A program made the position numbers and the translations under genes. The notes under the pieces are model-generated. The model worked only from the letters and a program-made list of their open reading frames with translations, was not told the origin of the DNA and made no database searches. From Burkholderiales bacterium (GTDB lineage Bacteria; Pseudomonadota; Gammaproteobacteria; Burkholderiales; SG8-39), in NCBI GenBank assembly GCA_035607175.1, contig DATNCP010000162.1, positions 18,362-82,361 of the forward strand: DNA of 64,000 nt, written 5' to 3'. Below, one piece after another: positions 38,337 to 46,937 of the stretch (position 1 is the first letter of the stretch; every line of letters starts with the position of its first letter).

Positions 38337-39073
38337 CAGCTCTCCTCGCCCAGGTAGGCCCTGCGCACTTCCTCGTTCTGCTTGATCTTCTCCGGCACGT
38401 CGGTGGCGACGACGCGGCCGTAGACGAGCACCGAGATCCGGTCGGCGAGGCGGAACACCGCATCCATGTCGTGCTCGACCAGGATCATGGTCTGGCGGCG
38501 CTTGAGCGTGGCGAGGAAGCCGATCATGCGTTGCGACTCCTCGGCGCCCATGCCGGCCATCGGCTCGTCGAGCAGCAGCAGGCGCGGCTTCGTCGCCAGC
38601 GCCATCGCCACCTCGAGCTGGCGCTGCTCGCCGTGCGCGAGGCTGGCGGCGAGGACATGCATGCGTTTCTCCAGGCCGACTTCGCCGAGGATTTTCTCCG
38701 CGGGAGAAATCAGCGAAGCATCGGCGAAGGCGGGGCGCCAGAACCGGAAGCTGTGTCCGGACTGCGCCTGCACCGCCAGCGCGACGTTCTGCAGCGCGGT
38801 GAACTCCTTGTAGACGCTCGTGATCTGGAACGAGCGCGCGAGGCCCATGCGCGCGCGACGCGGCGCGGGCAGGCGGGTGATGTCCTCGCCGGCGAAGCGG
38901 ATGCTGCCGCCGTCGGGCAGCAGCATGCCGGCGAGCTGGCCGATGAGCGTGGTCTTGCCGGCGCCGTTCGGGCCGATGATGGCGAGCGTCTCGCCTTCGC
39001 GCACGTCGAGGTCGACGCCGTCGGTCGCGCGCAGCGCGCCGAAGCTCTTCGTCAGGGCGCGGACTTCAAGCAT
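38336..39073 (-). CDS. branched-chain amino acid-type ABC transporter ATP-binding protein (LivG-type)
   Basis: GPNGAGKTT Walker A, LAHGEQRQLE signature variant, LLLLDEP Walker B. Confidence 0.85.
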   Translation of the reverse strand: MLEVRALTKSFGALRATDGVDLDVREGETLAIIGPNGAGKTTLIGQLAGMLLPDGGSIRFAGEDITRLPAPRRARMGLARSFQITSVYKEFTALQNVALAVQAQSGHSFRFWRPAFADASLISPAEKILGEVGLEKRMHVLAASLAHGEQRQLEVAMALATKPRLLLLDEPMAGMGAEESQRMIGFLATLKRRQTMILVEHDMDAVFRLADRISVLVYGRVVATDVPEKIKQNEEVRRAYLGEES

Positions 39074-40019
39074 CGGGCTTGCCGAAGATGCCGGCGAGGC
39101 CGCGGCGGAAGAAGAGGACCGAGAGGACGAGCAGCGGGCCCATGATGACCTGCCAGTGCTCGATCCAGCCCTGCGCCTTCAGGCCGAGAAGCGCCTTGAT
39201 CAGCTCCTCGCCGAAAAGGAAGGCGAACGTGCCGATCACGGGCCCGGCGGTCGTCGCCATGCCGCCGAGGATCACCATGAACATCAGGTCGCCCGACTGC
39301 TCCCAGGTCATCAGGCCCGGGGTGATGTAGTTGGTGTGGTTGCCGTAAAGCGCGCCGGCGAGCCCGCACATCGCGCCGGCGATGACGAACGCAGCCAGGC
39401 GGTACGGGTACGGCGAGAAGCCGATGGCGCGCGAGCGCGCCTCGTTTGAGTTGCAGGCGCGAAGAGCCATGCCGAACCGCGAATTGACGATTTTACTGAC
39501 CAGAAATACTGAAAAAAGCATGAGAACCAGCGCGAGGTAGTAGAACTGCACCGGGTCGTTCAGGTCGACGATGCCGAGCTGGCTGCGCCGCTTGAGGCGC
39601 ATGCCGTCGTCGCCGCCGAACTCGGCCACCGAGATGCCGAGGTAGTACAGCATCTGCGTGAAGGCGAGCGTGATCATGATGAAGTAGATGCCGCTGGTGC
39701 GGATCGACACCGCGCCGATCGCCAGCGCGACGAGCGCCGAGGCGACGACCGCGACGAGAAGGTGCAGCCAGCCGTTGAACACGCCGTAGAAGCCGAGGAT
39801 GCCGACCGCGTAGGCGCCGACGCCGATGTAGGCCGCGTGGCCGAACGAGACCATGCCCCCGTAGCCGAGGATCAGGTTGAGGCTGACCGCGGCGATGGCG
39901 AGGATCATGATGCGGCGCACGAGGTCGACGTAGAACGGCTGCTGCAGCGCGAGCAGGATCGGCGGCAGCGCTAGCAGCGCGAGGACGGCAACGCCCCAGA
40001 GGAGGAGTTTGCGGCTCAT
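39066..40019 (-). CDS. ABC transporter permease (LivM-type)
   Basis: Polytopic hydrophobic protein of 317 aa with an ATGA overlap with the LivH-type gene. Confidence 0.8.
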   Translation of the reverse strand: MSRKLLLWGVAVLALLALPPILLALQQPFYVDLVRRIMILAIAAVSLNLILGYGGMVSFGHAAYIGVGAYAVGILGFYGVFNGWLHLLVAVVASALVALAIGAVSIRTSGIYFIMITLAFTQMLYYLGISVAEFGGDDGMRLKRRSQLGIVDLNDPVQFYYLALVLMLFSVFLVSKIVNSRFGMALRACNSNEARSRAIGFSPYPYRLAAFVIAGAMCGLAGALYGNHTNYITPGLMTWEQSGDLMFMVILGGMATTAGPVIGTFAFLFGEELIKALLGLKAQGWIEHWQVIMGPLLVLSVLFFRRGLAGIFGKPDA

Positions 40020-40936
40020 CCGCGCGCGGGGAACAGCCCTTGCGGGCGAATGGCGAGCACCACTGCCATCAGCAGGTAGATGAGCATGGAGGCGAGCGCC
40101 GGCCCGGCCGACTCGGCCGCCGGCGCCGAGATGATGGTCGCCATCAGCGGCTTGAGGAAGGCGCGGCCGAGCGTGTCGACGATGCCGACGATGACCGCGC
40201 CTACCAGCGCGCCGCGGATCGAGCCGATGCCGCCGATGACGATCACGACGAACACCTGGATCAGCACCGCCTCGCCCATGCCGGGCTGCACGTTGTAGAT
40301 CGGCCCGGCCATCAGCCCGGCGAGCCCGGCGAGCGCGGCGCCGAAGCCGAACACCACGGTGTAGAGCAGGCGGATGTTGACGCCGAGCGCGGACACCATG
40401 GTGCGGTTCGACGCGCCGGCGCGGACCAGCATGCCGAGGCGCGTGCGCGTCACCACGTACCAGAGGATCGCCGCCGTCACCAGGCCGACGACGATGATCG
40501 CGGCGCGATAGGCCGGATAGCGCGATCCGGTGAAGAGATCGATGTGGCCGGCGAGCCAGGAAGGCGGCGAGGCGAAGAGCGAGGCGCGGCCCCAGAGGAT
40601 CGCCACCAGCTCGTTGAAGAACAGGATCAGGCCGAAAGTGGCGAGCACCTGGTCGAGGTGGTCGCGGTCGTAGAGCTTGCGCAGCACGATCACCTCAACC
40701 AGCATCCCGACCAGCAGCGTGCCGGTGAGGCCGAGCGCGACGCCGACGAGGTAGGAGCCGGTCCACTGCGCCGCGGCGAGCGCCAGGTAGGCGCCGACCA
40801 TGTAGAGCGAGCCGTGCGCCAGGTTGACGACGTTCATGATGCCGAGCACGAGCGTCAGCCCGGCGGCCATGAGGAACAGCGTCACGCCGAACTGCAGGCC
40901 GTTCAGCAGCTGCTCGAAGACGAGTCCGAAAGTCAT
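40016..40936 (-). CDS. ABC transporter permease (LivH-type)
   Basis: MTFGLVFEQLLNGLQFGVTLFLMAAGLTLVLGIMNVVNLAHG: LivH-type N-terminus. Confidence 0.8.
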   Translation of the reverse strand: MTFGLVFEQLLNGLQFGVTLFLMAAGLTLVLGIMNVVNLAHGSLYMVGAYLALAAAQWTGSYLVGVALGLTGTLLVGMLVEVIVLRKLYDRDHLDQVLATFGLILFFNELVAILWGRASLFASPPSWLAGHIDLFTGSRYPAYRAAIIVVGLVTAAILWYVVTRTRLGMLVRAGASNRTMVSALGVNIRLLYTVVFGFGAALAGLAGLMAGPIYNVQPGMGEAVLIQVFVVIVIGGIGSIRGALVGAVIVGIVDTLGRAFLKPLMATIISAPAAESAGPALASMLIYLLMAVVLAIRPQGLFPARG

Positions 40937-40963
40937 AAAAAAGGGCGCTGTCGCGCCCTTTTT
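40937..40963 (-). terminator. intrinsic terminator/attenuator hairpin between the binding-protein gene and the permease genes
   Basis: The minus-strand RNA is AAAAAGGGCGC-GACA-GCGCCCUUUUUU, followed directly by the AUG at 40936. The stem is 6 G-C pairs, extendable by A-U pairs. Confidence 0.55.
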
Positions 40964-40981
40964 ATCTCTCCAGGAAATCCA

Positions 40982-42160
40982 CTACTTCATCTTGCAGTCT
41001 TGGAAGTACGAGTCCTTGTGCTTCTCGAAGATGGTCTTCTGGATGCGCATCTCGATGTCGCCGCTCGCCAGCTTCTCGGTCTTGAGCAGGTAGAAGTTCT
41101 GGATCGGATGGTGGTTGACGTTGTAGGTGAACGGCCCGCGCAGCGAGCGGAAGTTCGCCTTCTCCATCTCCTTCACCATGCCGTCGACGTTGCTCAGGTT
41201 GCCCTTGACCGCCTTGATGGCGGAGTCGATGAGCATGATGCCGTCGTAGCTCTGCGCGCCGTAGAACACCGGCAGCTTGCCGTACTTCTTCTTGTAGTCG
41301 GCGACGAACTTGTTGTTGGCCGGGTTCTTCAGGTCCGGGCTCCAGTAGCGCGTCTCGTAGATGCCGACCGCCGCGTCCTTCACCGCCGGGATCGAGATCT
41401 CGTCCACCGTGTACACGGTATAGAGCGGCAGTTGCCCGCGCAGTCCGGCCTGGTCGTACTGCTTGATGAACTGGATGCCCATGCCGCCCGGATAGAACGC
41501 GAACACCGCCTTCGGGCTCTTGGCGCGCAGCTGGCTGATCTCCGCCTGGTAGTCCTGCTGGCCGAGCTTGGTGTAGACCTCCTCGACGATGCGGCCCTTG
41601 TAGTAGCGCTTCAGGCCCGCGACCATGTCCTTGCCCGCCTGGTAGTTCGGCGCCATCACGTAGAGGTCGTTCACGCCCTGGTCGGTGAGGAACTTGCCCA
41701 TCGCCTCGGGCGTCTGGTCGTTGTTCCACGAGGTCGAGAAGTACAGCCGGTTGCAGTCCTTGCCCGCGAGCGGGCTGGCGCCGGCGTTGGTGCCGACCAT
41801 GATCTTGTTGGCGCCGGTGACGACCGGAACGACCGCCATCATCACGTTGGACCAGATGATCCCGGAGACGAAGTCGACCTGGTTCTTCTTCAGCATCTCC
41901 TCGGCGACCTGCACGCCGACGTCGGGTTTGAGCTGGTCGTCGCCGTAGAACATCTCGACCGGCAGGCCGCCGACCTTGCCGCCCAGGTGGTCGATCGCGA
42001 GCTCCACCGACTCCTTCATGAACTGGCCCATCACGCCCTGCGGGCCGGAGAACGTGCTGATGAAGCCGATCCTGACTTTCTGCTGCGCCGACACGGGCGC
42101 CGAGAACGCGAACGCGGCGACGGAAACGGCCGCGACGAGAGTACGCAAGGGTGTATGCAC
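40982..42160 (-). CDS. ABC transporter substrate-binding protein (LivK/Leu-Ile-Val-binding family)
   Basis: Signal peptide MHTPLRTLVAAVSVAAFAFSAPVSAQQ followed by KVRIGFISTFSGP. 392 aa. Confidence 0.8.
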   Translation of the reverse strand: MHTPLRTLVAAVSVAAFAFSAPVSAQQKVRIGFISTFSGPQGVMGQFMKESVELAIDHLGGKVGGLPVEMFYGDDQLKPDVGVQVAEEMLKKNQVDFVSGIIWSNVMMAVVPVVTGANKIMVGTNAGASPLAGKDCNRLYFSTSWNNDQTPEAMGKFLTDQGVNDLYVMAPNYQAGKDMVAGLKRYYKGRIVEEVYTKLGQQDYQAEISQLRAKSPKAVFAFYPGGMGIQFIKQYDQAGLRGQLPLYTVYTVDEISIPAVKDAAVGIYETRYWSPDLKNPANNKFVADYKKKYGKLPVFYGAQSYDGIMLIDSAIKAVKGNLSNVDGMVKEMEKANFRSLRGPFTYNVNHHPIQNFYLLKTEKLASGDIEMRIQKTIFEKHKDSYFQDCKMK

Positions 42161-42194
42161 TTTATCTCCTCCTCCTGTCCGGCGAGTCTAGCAG

Positions 42195-43523
42195 CTATGA
42201 GAGTGTCTTTGTGCGCTGCTGCGCGATGAAGGGCAGCGCGCGCACGGTGGCGCGGATGGTGCACGCGGGCTCATCCGAGAATCCTCCCCAGCGCACCTGC
42301 ACTTTATCTCCCGGCTGCAGGTCGGGATGCAGCCGGGCGAGCGAGATCATGCGCCGCAGCGTCGGGCTGTAGGCATAGCCGGTCGCCCAGCCGCCCTCGA
42401 GCACCTTCAGGTAGAAGACCCGGAACTGGCCGGCGGGCAGGTCGGGCGGCGGCGCGGCGGGCGCATCGCGGAACTGCGCGGCGTAGAGCTCGGCCATGTC
42501 CTCGCTCGACCACTCGAGTCCCACGAGCCGCCAGCGCGGGTCCTGCAGAGCGGATTTTCCGTGGAAGTCCCCCGTGCTCAGCGGGTAAGTCCATCCCAGC
42601 TCCGCCGGCGTGCAGAGATGGTCCGCGACCTGCCAGTCGATCGCGGCCAGCTCGTCGGCCGACATCCAGTAGCGCATCATTTTCTTCAGCTGCTCCGGCG
42701 TGCCGCGGTCGGGCAGGTAGTCGCGGATCACGGTGGCGATGCCGGTCTCGGTGTGGCCGATCATCTGCGCCTTGAAGCCGAGCTCGCGCAGGCCGAAGTC
42801 CCGCCCGATCTCGCGCAGCTTGCGCCACAGCTCGTGGGCGCGGCCGGTGTCGGTGCGCATCATGAACTCGTAACCGACCTCTCCGGTAACACCCTGGCGG
42901 GCAACGAGCGTTTCTGTCGCTAGAAAGGAAATTCTCTTAAATCGGGAAAAGCGCAGATCCTTCCACGTCTCTTTCGTCAGTGCTTCCAGGACCTCGGTGG
43001 AGCGGGGCCCCTGCAGCGCATAGCAGGTGTAGTCGGGGGTCACGTCCTCGAGCTCGACCGCGAAGCGCTTCTTCTGCCGCAGGAAGTCGAGCCAGCGGTA
43101 GCTCGCCGACTGCGTAAAGAGGAACTCGTCCTCGGCGAGCTTCAGCGTCAGCCCCTCGATCGCGACCTTGCCTTGCTCGCTCAGCATCGGCGTGTGGACG
43201 ATCTGGCCGACCTGCTGCCGCGACAGGTCCCGGATGGTGGCGTAGCCCATCAGCCGCGCCGCGTCCTTGCCGTGCACGCGGGTCTTGTTGAGCCAGCTCC
43301 AGTCGCCGAGCACCGCGGCCGTGCGCAGCGCGAGCGACTCCTTCCACCAGCGCGAGTACTCGTAGCCGATGAGAAAGCCCGAGTTGATGTGCCCCCAGAT
43401 CTGGCTGGCGTTGGTCTCGGCCTGCGCCGGCGCGGCGGGCGAGCCGAAGTAGGGCCGGTCGATGAAAGCCGGCTTGCCAAGCTGCTGCGCCTTCTCGTAC
43501 TGTTCGCGCAAAGGATTTTTCAT
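42195..43523 (-). CDS. GcvT-family aminomethyltransferase-like protein (possible THF-dependent demethylase)
   Basis: YALQGPRSTEVL, GVTGEVGYEF and the size (442 aa) resemble the GcvT/LigM-type fold. First gene of the operon. Confidence 0.7.
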   Translation of the reverse strand: MKNPLREQYEKAQQLGKPAFIDRPYFGSPAAPAQAETNASQIWGHINSGFLIGYEYSRWWKESLALRTAAVLGDWSWLNKTRVHGKDAARLMGYATIRDLSRQQVGQIVHTPMLSEQGKVAIEGLTLKLAEDEFLFTQSASYRWLDFLRQKKRFAVELEDVTPDYTCYALQGPRSTEVLEALTKETWKDLRFSRFKRISFLATETLVARQGVTGEVGYEFMMRTDTGRAHELWRKLREIGRDFGLRELGFKAQMIGHTETGIATVIRDYLPDRGTPEQLKKMMRYWMSADELAAIDWQVADHLCTPAELGWTYPLSTGDFHGKSALQDPRWRLVGLEWSSEDMAELYAAQFRDAPAAPPPDLPAGQFRVFYLKVLEGGWATGYAYSPTLRRMISLARLHPDLQPGDKVQVRWGGFSDEPACTIRATVRALPFIAQQRTKTLS

Positions 43524-45012
43524 GAAGCGCAGCTTAGTCGATTATTTTGAGGAGAACGCGCGCCGCAGCCCCGACAGCGTCGCGATCTACTTCAAGGACG
43601 TGAAGTACACGTACGGCGAGCTGGAAGGCGCGGTCGCGCGTTGCCGTGGTGCGCTCGCGGCGCAGGGCGTCAAGCCCGGCGACCGGGTGTCGCTGGTCAT
43701 GAGCGACTCGCCGGAGATGGTGACGGCATTCCTCGCGATCATGGGCGCGGGCGCGGTCGCCGTACCGTGCAGCACCTTGCTGCCGCCGGAGGGCCTCGCG
43801 TATGTATTCAGGGACAGCGAGGCGAAGCTGGTGCTCGTGTCGCCGGAGCACCTGCAGAACGCGAAGGCCGCGGGCCATGCCAAGGTCCTGCTCTTCTCGG
43901 AGTTTGCCGATCAGGGGCAGCGCGCGCCGCTCGGCGGGTTCGATCGCGACACGCCCTGCCTCGTGCTCTACACCTCCGGAAGCACCGGGCAACCGAAGGG
44001 CGCGGTCCATCGGCACGGTCATATGCCCTGCACGGTGGAGAGCGTGGCGAAGAAGGTCTATCGCCTCACGCCCGACGACCGGCTGTTCTCCGTGCCGCGC
44101 CTCTTTTTCGCCTATGGTTTCGGCAACAGCCTGTCGATCCCGCTCGGTACCGGGGCTTCATCCATCTTGGTGAGCGAGCGGCCGACGCCGGCGCTGATCG
44201 CGGAGGCATTCGCGAAATACCGGCCGACGGTGTTCTTCGCGGTGCCGACCGTATTCCGGATGCTGATCGAGCATGCCCGCCAGGGCAATCCGCTCGACGC
44301 GAGCTCGATTAAGTATTCGGTGTCGGCGGGCGAGGTGCTGCCGCTCGCGACATGGGAAGAATGGAAAGCCCTCGTTGGCAGCGAGATCATCGAGACCATC
44401 GGCACCACCGAGCTCCTGCACGCCTTCATCCACAACTATCGCGACAACAACCGCCCCGGCAGCTCCGGCGTGGTGCTCGAAGGCTACGAGTGCAAGCTGA
44501 CCGACGAGCAGGGCAACGTCGTCGTGGGTGCCGGGCGCGGCCACCTGCACGCCCGCGGCGGCTCGGCGATCCCGTACTACCTGAACAAGCCGGACAAGAC
44601 CGCCGAGACGATCCGCGACGGCTGGGTGCGGACGGGCGACGTCTATCGCCGCGACGAGGAGGGCTTCTACTGGTTCGAGGGGCGGAGCGACGATCTGTTC
44701 AAGTGCTCGGGGATGTGGGTGTCGCCGGGCGAGGTCGAGGACGCGGTGTGCAGGCACCCGGCGGTGATGGAGGCGGCGGTGATCGCGGAGACAGACGCGA
44801 ACGGCGGCACGATCGCGGCGGCCTACGTGCTGCTGCGCCCCGGCCATGCCGCGAGCGACGCGCTGGAGCAGGCGATCAAGGACGAGGCGGCGAAGACGCT
44901 GCCGCGCTACAAGCGGCCGCGGCGCGTCCACTTCATGAAGGAGCTGCCGCGCACGCCGACCGGCAAGGTCCAGCGCTTCAAGCTGCGGCAGCAATCCAGC
45001 CGGGCGTCCTGA
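43522..45012 (+). CDS. aryl/benzoate-CoA ligase family (AMP-dependent synthetase)
   Basis: ATG 43522 lies 6 nt after AAGGA. YTSGSTGQPKGAVHRH AMP-binding motif, and GDVY...GRSDDLFK. Confidence 0.8.
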   Translation: MKRSLVDYFEENARRSPDSVAIYFKDVKYTYGELEGAVARCRGALAAQGVKPGDRVSLVMSDSPEMVTAFLAIMGAGAVAVPCSTLLPPEGLAYVFRDSEAKLVLVSPEHLQNAKAAGHAKVLLFSEFADQGQRAPLGGFDRDTPCLVLYTSGSTGQPKGAVHRHGHMPCTVESVAKKVYRLTPDDRLFSVPRLFFAYGFGNSLSIPLGTGASSILVSERPTPALIAEAFAKYRPTVFFAVPTVFRMLIEHARQGNPLDASSIKYSVSAGEVLPLATWEEWKALVGSEIIETIGTTELLHAFIHNYRDNNRPGSSGVVLEGYECKLTDEQGNVVVGAGRGHLHARGGSAIPYYLNKPDKTAETIRDGWVRTGDVYRRDEEGFYWFEGRSDDLFKCSGMWVSPGEVEDAVCRHPAVMEAAVIAETDANGGTIAAAYVLLRPGHAASDALEQAIKDEAAKTLPRYKRPRRVHFMKELPRTPTGKVQRFKLRQQSSRAS

Positions 45013-45943
45013 GGATCTCCTTCAGCGCCGCTTCGTCGTCCGCGGTCGGCAGGTTCTCCTTCGCGCCGTTCGGGTCGGGAAGCGCGAGCCGGGGATCGAT
45101 CAGGCGCAGCAGCTTGCGCACTTCCTCGATGAACGCGGCGCGCGCCCGCTCGTTCGCGTGCAGCGGCTCGGCGCCCGGGACCCAGGGCGCCTTCAGACCC
45201 CAGTCGTGGATCCTTGCCGCGCGCCTGGACTCGGTACCGCCGAAAGCGTCGTAGCAGATCCAGATCATGCGGTTCAGGTAGCGCTGGTGCAGCTCGACCG
45301 GCACGCGGTCGGCCGCGGCGATGCGCTGCAGCCCCTGGTGGCCGATGACGAGGTGGAAGCCTTCCTCCTTCAGCATCGGCGCGATGCTGCGCGCGAACGG
45401 CGCGAAGGCGCAGCCGCCGAACATCGTCAGCTGGTACTTGCCGACGCGATCGCCCCAGTTGTGCCAGGAGAAGACGTCGACCCAGTTCAGCTTGATGTTG
45501 AACATCTCGAGCTGCGCCTCGCCGCGCGTCGCGCGGCGCTCGAGCAGCTTTCTCGCTTCGCTTCTTCCTTCAGCGCCGAAGTAGGTGACGAGCAGGTAGG
45601 CCATCTGCCAGCCGTGGCGCGTCTCTTCGGTGATGTGGCGCGCGAGCCGCTTCCGGTCATGCTCGGTCGGCGCGCTGTCGAGGAGCTCGCGCGCCTGCTC
45701 GACCGCGCGCACTTCGGAGTCGGCCTGGGAGACGATGAGCTTCAGCAGCTCGTCCTTGATCTCCTGCGAAGGGACGTCGGCGAGGCTTTCCCAGCGGCGC
45801 TCGCCGGCATAGCGGCCGAAGGCGATCTCGGGCTCGACCCGGTCGGCGAACTTGGTGCAGAGCTCGACCTGCGGGTCGGGGATGACGCGGATGTCGCGGT
45901 GCCAGGCCCGCGATTGATCCACCCAGTCGTCGAAGACGCTCAT
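44978..45943 (-). CDS. ferritin-like diiron oxygenase (PaaA/BoxB-like), putative acyl-CoA oxygenase subunit
   Basis: Two E-x-x-H motifs (EETRH, EEGFH), each with an upstream acidic residue. 321 aa. Convergent with the CoA ligase, overlapping it by 35 nt. Confidence 0.5.
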   Translation of the reverse strand: MSVFDDWVDQSRAWHRDIRVIPDPQVELCTKFADRVEPEIAFGRYAGERRWESLADVPSQEIKDELLKLIVSQADSEVRAVEQARELLDSAPTEHDRKRLARHITEETRHGWQMAYLLVTYFGAEGRSEARKLLERRATRGEAQLEMFNIKLNWVDVFSWHNWGDRVGKYQLTMFGGCAFAPFARSIAPMLKEEGFHLVIGHQGLQRIAAADRVPVELHQRYLNRMIWICYDAFGGTESRRAARIHDWGLKAPWVPGAEPLHANERARAAFIEEVRKLLRLIDPRLALPDPNGAKENLPTADDEAALKEILRTPGWIAAAA

Positions 45944-45967
45944 GTCGCGACTGCAATTCTAGGAGCT

Positions 45968-46924
45968 TCAGTCGGCGAGCACGATCCCCGTCTTGGCAAT
46001 GACTTCGCCGAGGCGCTGCCTTTCCTTCGCCATGAAGGCTTCGAATGCCGCCGCCGCATCGCCCGCCGGGACCGCGCCGGTCTTGCGCACCTGCTCCCTG
46101 ACGTCGGGCAGGTGCATCGCCTTGACGATCTCGTCGTTCAGCCGCCGGACGATGGCCGCCGGCGTGCCGGCGGGCGCGACGATGCCCCAGGTCTGGGCGA
46201 TCTCGTAGCCGGGCACGGTCTCGGCGATCGTCGGCAGGTCGGGCAGGCTCGGATTGCGCTCGCTTCCCGTCGTCGCGAGCGCGCGCACGCGCCCCGCGTT
46301 CATGTGCGCGCCGGCGGCGATGGGCGAGGTGATGATGAGCTGGGTATTGCCGGCGATCACGTCGAGCAGGCCGGGCGCGGCCCCCTTGTAGGGGACATGG
46401 GTGAGCTTGATGTCCGCGAGCAGGTTCAGCATCTCGCCGGCGAGGTGGGCCGGAGTTCCGACCCCTGCCGATGCATAGTTGAGGACTCCCGGCTTGCTTT
46501 TCGCCAGCTGCACGAGCTCGGCGACCGATCGCGCGGGCAGCGACGCGTTGATCACCAGAACGTTGGACGCCGTGGCGACGCGCGAGATCGGCACGAAATC
46601 CCGGACGGGGTCGTAGGGGAGGTTCTTCTTGAGGTTGGGCAGGATGGCGTAGATCGCGGTCGTCGTCAGCAGCAGCGTGTAGCCGTCGGCAGGCGAGCGG
46701 GCGGCGATGTCGGCGCCGAGTGCACCCGCGGCGCCCGGGCGGTTGTCGACCAGTACCTGCTGGCCGAGGCTCTCCGAGAGTCTCTGGGCGAGGATGCGGG
46801 CGAGCTGGTCAGGCGCTCCGCCCGCGGCATCGGCCACGATCAGCCGGATGGGCTTCGTCGGGTAGGACTGCGCGCCCGCGCCGGCGCTCATCAGCAACAA
46901 CAGCAGTAGCAGAAGCCGTTTCAT
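45968..46924 (-). CDS. Bug/TctC-family substrate-binding protein (orphan)
   Basis: ATG 46924 is preceded by GGAGGAG. MKRLLLLLLLLMSAGAGAQSYPTKPIRLIVADAAGGAPD. Confidence 0.85.
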   Translation of the reverse strand: MKRLLLLLLLLMSAGAGAQSYPTKPIRLIVADAAGGAPDQLARILAQRLSESLGQQVLVDNRPGAAGALGADIAARSPADGYTLLLTTTAIYAILPNLKKNLPYDPVRDFVPISRVATASNVLVINASLPARSVAELVQLAKSKPGVLNYASAGVGTPAHLAGEMLNLLADIKLTHVPYKGAAPGLLDVIAGNTQLIITSPIAAGAHMNAGRVRALATTGSERNPSLPDLPTIAETVPGYEIAQTWGIVAPAGTPAAIVRRLNDEIVKAMHLPDVREQVRKTGAVPAGDAAAAFEAFMAKERQRLGEVIAKTGIVLAD

Positions 46925-46937
46925 GGGATCTCCTCCG

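Noticed and set aside
43462-43521. Upstream ATG 43462 as the start of the CoA ligase, which would remove the CATG start-start overlap oddity.
   Set aside because: It adds MKAGLPSCCAFSYCSRKGFF, which is unlike ligase N-termini. ATG 43522 has a well-spaced AAGGA. The upstream start would also increase the overlap with the divergent gene rather than remove it.
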